A DNA stretch of 26,642 nucleotides, from positions 1 through 26,642 of IMG/VR virus record IMGVR_UViG_3300030372_004520, one strand, 5' to 3'. This DNA is from a virus. Its lineage: Duplodnaviria > Caudoviricetes. Shown here in pieces: positions 7,329 to 19,300 of the stretch (its first letter is position 1; each line of letters opens with the position of its first letter). The notes below the pieces were generated by a model. It saw only the letters and a list, made by a program, of their open reading frames with translations, made no database searches and was not told the origin of the DNA. The position numbers and the translations under genes are program-made.

Positions 7329-7881
7329 GTTAACATCCAGAGATTTAGTTGCTAATTTAATAGAATTAGAACTAGATAGAAAATTCTTAGAGCAGACCCA
7401 AGGTGATGACCCTGGGTTTGCTGAAGAAGTAAAACCTATTGACGAAGCTATCGTTAAAATTAAAAAAGAAATGACTAATAAAGTATCGGGGCTAGATCAT
7501 ATGATTGTAGAAATGAATAAAAGAAAAGACCTTATAGATACAGAAATTGGTAGTTTAATGAAAGAAGTTAGTAGGTTAAGAAGAAGAAAAGATGCTATCA
7601 AAAGAACAGAAGATTATTTTAATAAAAATCTTCTACCAATGATAATAGAAACTGCAGGTAATGATGGCGTTTTAGAAACAAAAACCACAAGATACAAAAT
7701 GTATCAAACCTGGGGACCAATCGAAGTTATAGATGAAAATGATGTCCCTGATAACTACAAAAGATACAAAGTAGAAATTGACAAAAAAGAAGCACGTAAA
7801 GCAGCTATTGAAGCAGCTGAAAGTGGTCAAGGAATACGTGGGTTTAAAATAGAAAAAGTAAAAAGAATCAGGAGGTCTTAA
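7321..7881 (+). CDS. Siphovirus Gp157-like (Gam-like) coiled-coil protein
   Basis: Long coiled coil followed by IEVIDENDVPDNYKRYKVEIDKKEAR..GQGIRGFKI, which resembles the Gp157 C-terminal pattern. Confidence 0.7.
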   Translation: MSKLTSRDLVANLIELELDRKFLEQTQGDDPGFAEEVKPIDEAIVKIKKEMTNKVSGLDHMIVEMNKRKDLIDTEIGSLMKEVSRLRRRKDAIKRTEDYFNKNLLPMIIETAGNDGVLETKTTRYKMYQTWGPIEVIDENDVPDNYKRYKVEIDKKEARKAAIEAAESGQGIRGFKIEKVKRIRRS

Positions 7882-8042
7882 TGAAATTAGCTAAATTAAA
7901 ATTAAGTAAAAATGGATTTCTTTTTACAATATTTGGTATAGGGTTTGGTATTTCAACAAACTCAGATGAAAAAGATAAATCAATTTCTTTTACATTTAAA
8001 ATACTAAAATTCCACACCTTTGTATCTTTCGCTATTTTGTAG
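7881..8042 (+). CDS. Small hypothetical protein (53 aa), not in the ORF track
   Basis: GGAGG 7871-7875, TAATG coupling, TAG 8040-8042. MKLAKLKLSKNGFLFTIFGIGFGISTNSDEKDKSISFTFKILKFHTFVSFAIL. Confidence 0.65.
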   Translation: MKLAKLKLSKNGFLFTIFGIGFGISTNSDEKDKSISFTFKILKFHTFVSFAIL

Positions 8043-8050
8043 GAGTTTAA

Positions 8051-8533
8051 ATGGCTACAAAACAAATAAAAAGAAGAGGTAGAGTATCAGTTTGGGAACA
8101 AAAGTTTGAAAAGGTTCTCAAAAAACATCATGGACATTTTGCTAAAAAAATATTCCATCGATTGATGAAGAAATCATCTACTCTTAAATCTTCACTTAAA
8201 AAAAGGAGTAAAGAATATGAGGTTAAATTTGACATCTCTTTGGAAGAAATCAGAAGCCTATTTCTCAAGAGCTATGGAAAGCAATGTAGGTATTGCTCTG
8301 ATGTACTACTGGTATATAACATTGTATGTGACCATATGTATCCTCTCAGTTTGGGTGGTGATTCAACTCCTAACAACCTTGCAATAATTTGCAAAAGATG
8401 TAACACTCGTAAAGGACACTTAACAGATAAAGAATATAAATCATTATTAAAATTCTTAGGAACAAAAAGTGAAAATATGAAAAGTTATGTTTTAAGAAAA
8501 CTAGCGAAAGGAGATAATTTCGGTGAGAGTTAA
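8051..8533 (+). CDS. HNH endonuclease
   Basis: CRYC...CDHMYPLSLGG..TPNNLAIICKRCNTRKG, with a basic N-terminus and AGGAG RBS. Confidence 0.9.
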   Translation: MATKQIKRRGRVSVWEQKFEKVLKKHHGHFAKKIFHRLMKKSSTLKSSLKKRSKEYEVKFDISLEEIRSLFLKSYGKQCRYCSDVLLVYNIVCDHMYPLSLGGDSTPNNLAIICKRCNTRKGHLTDKEYKSLLKFLGTKSENMKSYVLRKLAKGDNFGES

Positions 8534-8864
8534 TATGGTAAACATAGTAAAAGGATTTATTACTGCAAAGCCAGAGTTAGCTAACTGTGATATTTCCTTG
8601 ATATATGCTATATGGCATTATCAATTAAAAAACAATAAACCTTCTGTGAATCTAGACAAAATAACTGCTAAAGAGCTATTTAAACATTGGTTAAATGGTA
8701 ATATTTCTTCAGTATTTAATATATCGAGATCCAGAAGAAAATGTCAACAACACTATCCAGAAACAAGGGGGAATGACTATGTCAAAAGACAAGAGCACCA
8801 ATCGATTATACAATCAGATGTCAAAAGAGAAGCTAATCGTGCAATTGGAAAATCTACAACGTGA
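8523..8864 (+). CDS. Hypothetical protein, possibly DNA-binding
   Basis: 113-aa ORF with AAGGAG RBS. Contains ISRSRRKCQQHYPETRG. No family assigned. Confidence 0.65.
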   Translation: MRVNMVNIVKGFITAKPELANCDISLIYAIWHYQLKNNKPSVNLDKITAKELFKHWLNGNISSVFNISRSRRKCQQHYPETRGNDYVKRQEHQSIIQSDVKREANRAIGKSTT

Positions 8865-9018
8865 ACTCAAATCAATGAGCGCTAGATCAGTTAGATTTTA
8901 TCAAGCATATGCAGTGCTCCTAGATTTTTGGGAAAGTGCAATTGAAGTTGATGATTACATACCTGAAAAGGTACAAAAAGAAGTACAGGGTAAACTTAAC
9001 CGTTTATTCTTAGATTAA
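8779..9018 (+). CDS. Hypothetical coiled-coil protein
   Basis: Start revised from 8695 to ATG 8779 (GGGGG upstream; 8773 is an alternative) to reduce overlap. Confidence 0.55.
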   Translation: MSKDKSTNRLYNQMSKEKLIVQLENLQRELKSMSARSVRFYQAYAVLLDFWESAIEVDDYIPEKVQKEVQGKLNRLFLD

Positions 9019-9033
9019 CCGAGGACGATACTT

Positions 9034-9064
9034 AGGGGCTTTAGACAGAGTGCTTAGCCCCTTT
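9034..9064 (+). terminator. Possible intergenic hairpin / weak terminator
   Basis: AGGGGCT(9034-9040) pairs with AGCCCCT(9056-9062), 15-nt loop, short T run. Confidence 0.35.
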
Positions 9065-9094
9065 GTATCAAATATAATAAAAAAAGGAGTCAGA

Positions 9095-9433
9095 ATGGGA
9101 TATGTTAAGCTTGGGAAAACAAACCTATACGCTAACAAAGATGCTACTGAAGCAAACAGACAACCTCACTTTAGAGGGGACATCGAGATAACAGAGGACA
9201 TACCAAAAGGAGCAAAAATAGGCCTTGCGGGATGGCTCAACGAGAAGGGAAACAACAGGAGTTTATTTTTTGCAGTAAGCGCAAAAGAAGAAGACCTGCA
9301 ACCTAAACTTGATCTTGGAATAGCAGAATGTGATTGGGAAAATATGCCTCAAGTTATAGAACTTGTAAGAGAAGGTATGGACCCACACGAAGCAGTAGCA
9401 AAAGTAAAGAAAGACTCTGAATTGCCGTTTTAA
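9095..9433 (+). CDS. DUF736-like small ssDNA-binding-type protein with SSB-like C-terminal tail
   Basis: NLYANK..NRQPHFRGDIEI..GLAGWLNE..SLFFAVS pattern, ending DSELPF. Start revised to ATG 9095 (AAGGAG 9084-9089). Confidence 0.55.
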   Translation: MGYVKLGKTNLYANKDATEANRQPHFRGDIEITEDIPKGAKIGLAGWLNEKGNNRSLFFAVSAKEEDLQPKLDLGIAECDWENMPQVIELVREGMDPHEAVAKVKKDSELPF

Positions 9434-9452
9434 ACCAGAGAAAGGGGGGTAT

Positions 9453-9626
9453 ATGGCAGCCAAAGGACAAGCTTCTGTTCATTTACTTGAAAAATACCGA
9501 GGTATGAGTCATGGTAAAAGAATGAAGAAAGCAGCAATGGATGTATCAAATGATGGTAAATGTTGGTGGGTTCATAATTATATTTATTCTACATTAATGT
9601 ATAGAGGTAGAACAGATGACAACTAA
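9453..9626 (+). CDS. Small hypothetical protein (57 aa), not in the ORF track
   Basis: G-rich RBS, ATG 9453, TAA 9624-9626. MAAKGQASVHLLEKYRGMSHGKRMKKAAMDVSNDGKCWWVHNYIYSTLMYRGRTDDN fills the gap between flanking genes. Confidence 0.6.
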   Translation: MAAKGQASVHLLEKYRGMSHGKRMKKAAMDVSNDGKCWWVHNYIYSTLMYRGRTDDN

Positions 9627-10023
9627 AGAACACAAAGAGCTCATGACATCAATATGGGCTGGAATCATTGAGACAAGAGACTCAGGCCAAAAAGAGTATG
9701 CTCATAACGAGGATAATTGTTTTCAAAACTTTGAAAAAATAGCAAATCAATTAAACCTTGACAGGAAACAAATTTTATGGGTATATTTAATGAAGCATAT
9801 AGACGGCATTTTAGCGTTTATAAATGGCCATGAATCTCAACGTGAAGACGTGAGAGGCCGACTAACTGACGTAATAGTTTATCTAACTTTATTATGGGGA
9901 ATGATTGAAGAAGACACTGATGAAGAAGACAGGAAAGAGTTCTTAAAAAGACCCGAGTGGAAGCCCCAGGAGTTGGACAAACTTTACAAGGAGGCGTATT
10001 GCAATGATGAGGCAGATAAATGA
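9616..10023 (+). CDS. All-alpha NTP-pyrophosphatase-like / nucleotide-modification-associated (DUF1599-like) protein
   Basis: KEYA..NCFQNFEKIA..YLMKHIDGI..EDVRGRLTDVIVYLTLL pattern. Confidence 0.6.
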   Translation: MTTKEHKELMTSIWAGIIETRDSGQKEYAHNEDNCFQNFEKIANQLNLDRKQILWVYLMKHIDGILAFINGHESQREDVRGRLTDVIVYLTLLWGMIEEDTDEEDRKEFLKRPEWKPQELDKLYKEAYCNDEADK

Positions 10024-10282
10024 TGCGACTGATTATATCTCAGTTAATGTTACACACTATAAGGATATATCTGATATAGCTTGGAAATTTCTTCTAGGAG
10101 ACAAGATTATAAGATGTCTTAAAAAAATGGAAGAAAGACCAGAAAAAGGGACTGAGCTGAAGATTATATCAAAAGACATTGATTGTCTTAAGCTTAAAAT
10201 GGGTAATGTTACGATTGATATGAAGGCAAGCAAGCCTAATAGTGGGATTGAAATACCACCAAATCAGCCGAACTCAATGTAG
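10004..10282 (+). CDS. Hypothetical protein
   Basis: 92-aa ORF, last gene of the + strand block, GGAGG upstream. Confidence 0.6.
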   Translation: MMRQINDATDYISVNVTHYKDISDIAWKFLLGDKIIRCLKKMEERPEKGTELKIISKDIDCLKLKMGNVTIDMKASKPNSGIEIPPNQPNSM

Positions 10283-10291
10283 ACCTGAACT

Positions 10292-10331
10292 ATTAGACGA
10301 AGAGGGGATTTATTCCCCTTTTTCGTTTAAT
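10292..10331. terminator. Bidirectional terminator hairpin between the convergent blocks
   Basis: ATTAGACGAAGAGGGGA-TTTAT-TCCCCTTTTTCGTTTAAT gives a ~17-bp stem with G-U pairs and one bulge, overlapping the RNAP stop codon. Confidence 0.75.
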
Positions 10332-13300
10332 GTAAGTCTCTTAGAAAATCCTTGAGATATTCTATTTCCTTCTTGAAGTGATTCAACTTTAATAAAATCT
10401 TTATTCTTTAAAGCTATATCCATAGCCTGTTTCAAACTATATTCTTTTAATTTATCACCATCTAATCTTATAGTAGGAAATACTATCCAACCATGTTCAG
10501 GATGCTTTTCAACTGCTGTTCTAACACTTTCATTTTTTGATGTTCTTAAAGGATTATCAACAGCACGTTGCATCCAAGGATATTGTTTAGCTAATTTTTT
10601 AGTTTCTCTTTTACCTAAAGGATCAATAGCCCCAATTCTTCTACCTTTAATTTCTTCAGATAATTTAAGATAAGGTATTCCAGTAGCTTTTTCTATAGTC
10701 ATTGCTGGATTTTCTAAAACACCTTTAACATCACGTGCCATCCTACCAAATGGGAACATAGTCCACATATGATAGTTTGATAATCTAGAGTAATCATCAT
10801 TAACAAAAGCATTAAATGTGGCAGGGACCAACCGCAACCCTGGCGGAGTAACCATTTGGAGCGGAGCTAATGCGGTCGGCCACTGACCAAAAAAGGCTCT
10901 ATCTCGTTCTTTTTCGTCACCAAAAACCCAGTCCGCTGTATCTTGGAACCAGTTCCATGGAGCAGGCATTGCACTTTCAAACAATGAATATGCGAACACA
11001 TTCCCAAGGCCGAAAACGAACATGTCGGTTAGATATTGCCTTTTAAATCTTTCAAATTCTGGAGTACCTCTTCTAAATCCATATAATTTTGCTTGTTTAT
11101 AAGTATCATTTCTAAATCTAACACTATTCCAAGCCCAAGTTTGGAAACGAGTCATAACTTTACCTAAAGCAGAACTAGAGAATGCTGGTCTATAAGGTGC
11201 TGAATATAAGAATTGTGTTGCTTTAACACCTTTTTTAGCCATTTCAATCAACATAGGGTGATCTAAAGGCATATTAGCATGTCCAAACTTTTCTCTAGCT
11301 TGTAAATAATGTGCAGCAAAAGCGTCTCTTCTCAACATTCTTTCAGGTTCTCTCATGAACCAAGCTGCTTTTTGAAATGCTGTTTCAGTAATTTTATGTT
11401 TCTTAGCTATACTTAATAATGTTTCATCTTTTACAGCTGGATCTTTTTCTAATACTTTTTTAGCATCATCTAAAAATAATTTCCATTTACCACCTTTAAA
11501 ATTAGGATTAAGTCCAGCCTCATGAATTATAAAGTCAGGAACAACACCATGTTTAATAACCCATCTATCTATATCTTTTTTAGACTCCCATTTAGATGCT
11601 TCACCTGCTATATTTGTTCTCCAGAACTCTACATTTCTACCATCTTTCCAATTACGCCATCCAGCAGATTGAATTGTATGTATAGTACCACCAAATATAT
11701 TGGCGACAGCAGATTTAGGGTGAGCAAGAAGTGTAGCCATTTGATACTTAGCTTCTAGATTAGACCAATGTCTTAAGTCTTGTTCAGTTAAGCCTAATTC
11801 TTCTGGAAGTCTAGTATCTTCTTTGAATCCTAATGATTTTCTAATTCTTTTAACCATTTTTAATACGTGATTATCTGCAAACCAAGAATAAGGAGTACCT
11901 TTAACTTTCATTAATTCAGCTCCAGGACCTTCCATCCATTCTTGAGGTATTTTAGAAGGAAAACCAAGAGCTCTAGTAGTATAATCCTGAACATAATTAT
12001 TCCAAGCAAATGCTTGACCTTCATCATTCCATTTAGCAGACTCTTTAGTAAAGTCAGTTATAGCACGTTTAGACATTATTTGTCCAATCTGCCTATAAAA
12101 TGTATCAATAAGATTTTTTTGATATATATCCCAATTACCTATATCAGTAGACCAACCAGGTAGATCAGAAGAACGTGACATCATATTACCTGCTATAGGG
12201 TCTTGTTCTAACCATCTAAAATGATCACCTTTTCTTTTTTCAGCAATTTCCCTTAAAGCGCCTAACTCTATTTGACTATCTGTTATATCAGAAATTATCC
12301 AGTCACCAGTCATGTTTCTGTATTTATTTATTTGCTTAGCAACTTCTCTTTCTTTTGTTTGACGATCCATAACATTGTCTGGTATCTTTTTGATTCTTTC
12401 AATTTGTTCTATAACCGCCTGCTTAGCAATAGATTTATTTTCAATAAACTGAGGATGATAATCAGTAGGTTTGAAGTAATTAGTATAATCCATGCCTTGC
12501 TTTTGATACATCTCAATTAAATCATCATACATTTCTCTTTTTGTTGGATCTTTAGTTAAAGCTTTTTCAGCCATAAATTTATCCAAAGTAATAGAACGTT
12601 GTACTTTTCTTAAATTATCTAAACCAAGACCTAAATCTAAAACAGTACCTTCTTTCATAGCTGTTTCAATATATTTAGTAAAAGCTTTTGCATCAATTTT
12701 TGGTAAATCTTTATTATTACCCCAATAAAGTTTTTTCTTAGAACCTTTTGCTCTGACTATAAATTGATCAAGAGGATCTGCCATTTCAGTATTTTTAACA
12801 TAACTTTGAGTAGGTTCATCCCAATACCAGTTTTTACCACGTATCCAAGAAAATGTTGTTTTAGCTCTTTCAGTTAACACATCATTAATAGTATCTTTTA
12901 TTTGTCTTCCAGTTCTAGTTATAGTAGAAGGTTTAGAAGCATCTTCTGCATATATTTTAACAGAAAATTTTTCTTCTTTTATTTTGTCCCAATTAGCAGC
13001 TTCTTTAGCTTCAGCTAATTTGTCTTGGTAATTCTTTAATTTATGATGATATTCTCCAGAATTTTTTTCTATATTTTTACTTTTAAAAGCTCTTAATGAT
13101 CGCTCTGCATTTGTTACACCAGCTATATGGTGACCAATACCATCAGGAAGAGACTCATAACCAGTAACTTCTCTTAATTCTTTTTCTAACGCTAGTTTTT
13201 CATCTTGATTTAGTTGCACAGAAAGAGCCTCTGTTTTACCTAAATAATATTGTATATTTTCAATAATTTGTGTAGGACTACCAACTTTACCAGCTACCCA

Positions 13301-16300
13301 TTCACCTTTATAGTTTTGAAAATGACCCATTTCTTCAAAGATTTTAAAGTCTTTGACCATCATCTCATCTGAAACAGATTTAGGGAATAACATCCAATGT
13401 CTCTTTCCTAGTTTTAATATATTATCTTTGGTTAAGCCTTTAGGAGTTGTAAATATATTGCCACTTCTCATATCTCTAAAAAATCTATTCATTACACGAT
13501 AATCTTCAACAGTGAAAGCATCAAAGTTCTTTTGTCTTAACTTTCTAGCTAATAAGTTTAAATTATCTACACTTTTCATACTATTATGATAATATTTAAC
13601 GTGACCTATGAGCTCATCTACCATTTCTCTCTCAGCATTAGATAGCGCATAACCACTTTCTTTAGCTTCTTTAGACCTTTGTCTAGCTTCTAATATACCA
13701 GAAACATCATCTTCTAATGGATCATCAGGAGCAATTTCTCTTAATTCTTTAGTTTTAGTTTGTTTTTCAACTGCTTGTTTAGTATCAAAATCTTTTAAAT
13801 TACCCGTAGTAACTTCATCAAATTCTTTAGCATAAGTTCTAAAAAAGTCACCAATTGCAGCATCATTTACCCAAGCACTATTTAATCCTGTTTTATAAAA
13901 ATAAGTACCAGAATTAGCTCTTTGCATTTCCCTTATTTGTGGATATATAAGCTTCTTAAGTCTTCCATCTAAATTTTTAAAAGCCTCTATTTCAGTTAAT
14001 CTTCTACCTTTAAAGTAAGTAGATAACATCATAGTGTCGAATAAATAAGATTCTTCGGGACTAAGTTTAGCACCTTTCTTTTTAGTGCCTTTAATTTTAT
14101 TATTTAATTTAAATTCTGCTATTCTTTCATTAATCTTTTGCTGCCTATTAAATGGCATAAATTCTTGATCTTTTTGAAATACTTTTCTAATCTGTTGATT
14201 TAGTTTTACAGCTTCATTTTTATCTTTAGCTATTCTATCTACCTCAGTCTGTAAGAATCTTTCTAAAGCTTTGCCTTTCATATACATTTCTTGATCTTTA
14301 ATATTTTGAACAGCTTTAGCCATTTTGTATATAAAGTCATCTTTTGTTCCAGACTTTCTAGCCATATCAATACCTTTTAGTAATTGTATAGCAGATACTC
14401 TATCCATAGCATTAGATTGAGCAAAGTCAGTACCTTGTCTATATGCGTCTGTAACACTTCTTAAACGATAAGAAGGAGCCTTTGATGCAGCTTCATCTAG
14501 CTCTTGAGTGCTTTTCCAGAAATCTTTATAATCTTGATGTCTAGGAAATGATCTGGCTAAATGTTCTCTTAATGCAGATTTAGTACCCCACCTAGCACCT
14601 TTTAAATCTCTAAAAAATTCAATATATTCATTTGTAAATGATTCATCAGCAAGTCTTATTCTTTCATCAGCTTCCCATAACCTTTTATCCATTACTTTAT
14701 ATATTATAGGATTGTCTCTAGAAACAAAAGAAGGTCTACCTAATAGGCCTCCAGGAGCTTTATAATTATCATTTAATGCTTTAAGTCTAACTGCTATATC
14801 AGAATTAAATGTATTATATCTATTTTCAAGAGCCGTTCTATCAACAGTTCTCATTATATCATCAGCATAATCAAGAGGCTGTATTACTTCTGCCATCCTA
14901 GGTAACATTGATGATCTCTGTTTTTCATTTAACCATAATACACCACTTCCCATATTTTTTATTTCATGAGATTGCCAACGCCTACCTTCTGTATGATTTT
15001 TACCAAAGTAAGCACTATTTAAGTCACCAAATATTTTAAAGACACCTTGTTGCCTAACATTCCAATAAGGATTAAAGCTTGACTTTGCAGCTTCATTACC
15101 ATTCCAATCTACTTTAAACAAAGAATTGAAAGCATTATTATAAAAATGTTCTACACCTGTTAAAGATATTTCATCTAAAGGGTCTGAACCAAAAGCTATC
15201 TGAGCTCTACTTAATTCTCTAGAATTTTTAAGTTCTGATGCAGAAGTTCTAGGTATAACATATACCCATTTAGTCTTTCCATTATGATCAAAAGCAATAC
15301 CATGCCTACGATCTGGTTTATAATTAGCTTTTTCTGCTTTACTTTTCTTATGAAACAAAGACTTAGATATTGTACGACCAGTCTTTTTGTTAATATATCT
15401 CTCAATGTTATTATTTGAAGGAAGTAATGCGTTGTAAGCAGCATTTAGAGTTTGTTTAGAGACTATAGCTGGACCCAATTGCTTACGACCAGCATCAGCT
15501 TCTTGTGATATATTAAGTCTAGAACCAGGAGTGAATCTACCTACTATTGAAGTTTTTCTTGCTAATTCAGCTGCGTCACCTTCAGTTGTTGTAGTAAATA
15601 AGTCCTGCCAAGTAACACCTTTTTTATTTTTTATTAAATCTAATATAAATTTATCATGTGGGTTAGAAGGGTCTAAAGTTTCTTTAAGTATTTTAATACC
15701 AGCTGCATTTATTTTAGCCTCTTTATTATCTTTAACAACATCACCTTCCATAAATTCTTTTTTATTCAAATGGTACATATCTCTAAATTCTTTTTTCATT
15801 CCGAACATTATAGAGACCTTATCACCATCAAGATCAGCACCACCTAATGCTTTCATAGCTCTAGGATGTAAAACTGCTCCATGACCATCAACTCCAGTAA
15901 ACCCAGCGAATACCAATCTATGTGCACCAGATATAGAATCCATAGGTACACGAAGAGAAATAGTTTTGAAAAACTCTTTAACTGCTGGTAATTTTCTGTA
16001 TTCAGGAGTATCTAGCTCTTCTAAAGTGATGTATTTTTTAGTATGAGTTATACCTACATCTTTAACATCGAACCTAACTTTCTTATATCTTTCATCTAAA
16101 AATATAAGTTCATCAGGATTTTCAATGCCGTATTCTTTTTTCATTTTTTTAGTTAATTTATCAGCAGGTAAATCCATTATTGCCAAATTATCTTGCTTAG
16201 CTAGCCACGGGTCTAACCCTCTCATTCTAGCTGACATCGATGCATTCCATTTTGGTCTAACAACTTTACTAACTACGAAATTACGCATAGCAGACTGAAC

Positions 16301-19300
16301 ATAATTCCTAACATCTTTATGAAGAAACACAGTTCTATCTGGATATATTTCAATCATCCTACTTAAAGAAGAATTTATATGTTTAGCATCTGCAACTGCT
16401 GCAGTGTAATCTACACTATTTATCATTCCAGATTCAAATTCAGTGGTTAGATTACTTAAATTAGACCTTAATATTTTTTGGTATAACTTAGTAACAAAAC
16501 CAAAATGGTTACTTTTAAGGCCGTCTATAACCTCACTTAACCCTACTTTATCTAAGTTATCAATAAATCTTTGCTGTTCAATATCAGATAACTGACCAAC
16601 TGGTTTTTCTAAAGCAATTTTAAATTGTTCATTAAATAAAGGATCACCTTTATATCTATCTGTAACAACTTCATCAAAGAATTTATTAATAGTTTCAGGA
16701 GCTATTCTTGAACTAGCATGAGGATGAAGGTTAGACATTGCCTGTTTAGCTATAAGCTGAGGCTCTAACATATGATCAGATTGCTTTTCTGATAAAGAAC
16801 CTTTAATACCTTCTAAATTAAGCTCTAAATCTCCTTTATTCTTTTTAATCTGTAAAGCATTCATAGCCAATTTATTAGCATGATTCTCTCTTTCAGCACC
16901 TTTAGGAGTGTTTTGATTTTCTTTTGTAAAATGAGCTCTTTCGTGAAGTATGTAAAAATCAACTAAATCTTTAGGAGTCTCTATAACTCCATCAGGAAGA
17001 GGATCGACTCCTTTCATTTTAGGGTTTAACCAGGCCTTTTTATTAAAATCTTGTTTAATTTTATCTTCATCTATAAGAATTTGTTTATTTTTATAATCAG
17101 TTCTAGCACCAACCATTCTTCCACCATATGCAGAAGTAATTCCTTTAACTTTCTTTACTTTAATATCAGGCAAACCTGTTCCAAATGTTGCTTTACCATC
17201 TTTATCAACTGTTAAGGCCCCAACTGCTCTAGAACCATATTCTTTAGCGCCTGATTCTGGCATTAAAAAGTGTATACCTTCTTTTCTCATCCATGCGCTA
17301 GCTTCTGGACTTGCCTTATGAAACATAAATTTACCAAGAAGTGCTCCATGTGTTGGATCTGAATCTACCAAAAATGATTTATTTTGACCAGATGAAGGTA
17401 ACCCATAGGCTTCATTTAAAGCATCAACAAAACTAGCTTCAGCAAGAACCGCACCATCTGTAGATTCCATATATAATGTAGCTCTATCGTTTATTGTTAA
17501 GTTTTTAGTATCTGTATCTCTAAATATTCTAAATTTAGCTTTATCACCTTTAAATTTAGTAGGGCCTGCATATTGTTTTTTAAAGAATTTAGTATCAAGA
17601 GAGAAACCATCTGTTAACCATATTTGGTTTCTTTTATTAAAGCCTTTTGCATCTTTTATTTGAGTATTCCTCATTAACCAATCTGCAAAACCTTTTTTAC
17701 CTAATACTGACTCATTTATACCATACATTACTTTATCCCATTTGATATTAGATATAAATGCTCTATCGAAATAGAGGTCTTTTGCTAGCTTATCAAGCTT
17801 AAGATTGAATTTTGAATTAAATTCTTGTTTCATTTCAAGATAATGCTTTTTAGCATTAGGATCAAGTTTTGATAATATATTAAGGTATCTATCTTTTTCT
17901 CTTGTTACACCAACTTTATCAAGCTTAACTACATCTGGATGGTATTTAAAAAAGTACATCTTAGCAGAGTCACCTTTACCACCATTATAGTAATAACCTT
18001 TAGAGTGTAAATCACCAAGAACATCTTTCATTAATTCTCTTCCAAATGATCTATTACCACCCATAAGCCTTTTATTTCTATAATTACTAACACCATAGAA
18101 GCTTTTAACGTCGTTAATCTTATCAATTGGGACAGTTTTCCAATATTTAGAGTCCTTACCCCCAGAATGAATAATTTCGTCTAAAATGAGCATAGCTCTA
18201 TTTGCTGGATTATATCCTTCACCAGTCACTCTTTCATAAGCAAGCTCAAATGCTTTAGGAGAATCACCAACAGATTTAATTTCTCCAGCTTGATTTTTTT
18301 CATTCATTTCTCTTAATTCAACTACTTGTGGTTGAGTATATTGTTTTGAATCTTTATCATATACTACACTTACATCAATATAAGGAGCTGGCCTTTGCAT
18401 TGCTCTTCTTATCAATAATTGTCTTAATTCTTTTTGACCTTCTGGAGAGAAATCTGCCTGTTCAGGGAAAGCTTTATTTACATCTTTAATATATTTCTCA
18501 TATGTATCTAAGCTTGTATGATTATTTAATACATCTATAATCTTATCTGTAGATTCTTTTTGAAACTTGGATAATTCTGCAGTAGTAATATTATCTGCTG
18601 CTTTAAAATACTTTTTAACAATAGATCTAGCCTGTTTATCGATTTCAACTTGTGATGATTCAAAGTCTGTATCATCTACTTTTGTTGTTTCATTATCTTT
18701 TTCGGTATTATCTGTTCTTTTAGCCATCTCTATTTCAGCTTTTTCCATACCAGATGCAATTTTACCTAGTTTATTCACAAGATATTTAGCAGTTTCTGGA
18801 GCAGAATCTCTTAATTCATTGATCATATCCTCTGATACTACTATTTTACGCTCATCAGGTACTTTTTCTAAAACTTCTCTAATTTGCTCTCTATTTTGAT
18901 TTAGATACTCATCAGTCATTCCTTTTAAAGGAAGTTTCGCTATATTTCCTTCAATTGCTTTATCAGTATTGAATCCTTTAACGTGATCTGGTAGTAAAAT
19001 TACATCATCTTGATTAGCCAGGTCATCAGCATTTACCTTTTTAACCTCTACAAATCTTTCATGTTTTTTAGAGAAGTCTGCTAATTGAGCTTGTTTTACT
19101 ATTCCAGTTTCATTGCTAATAACTATATCCGTGGCTATAGCATCTTTCACTCCTTCAATAGTTTCTCCAGCCATAACTGCTTGTGCACCATAATTTCCGT
19201 GTCTTAATGCTATATCTTTATAAACTGCATCTTGAACATCTTTTGGTAAGGTGTCCCATCCTTCAATAACTTCAGGATTAAATACTGTTGTATCCCATTG

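Noticed and set aside
2062-9463. Short minus-strand ORFs (2062-2268, 3189-3443, 7124-7336, 7868-8065, 9263-9463)
   Set aside because: They overlap well-supported + strand genes on the opposite strand and show no motifs.
10452-10466. RLDGD near the RNAP C-terminus as a second catalytic motif
   Set aside because: It lacks the first Asp of DxDGD and the preceding R-x-P barrel context.
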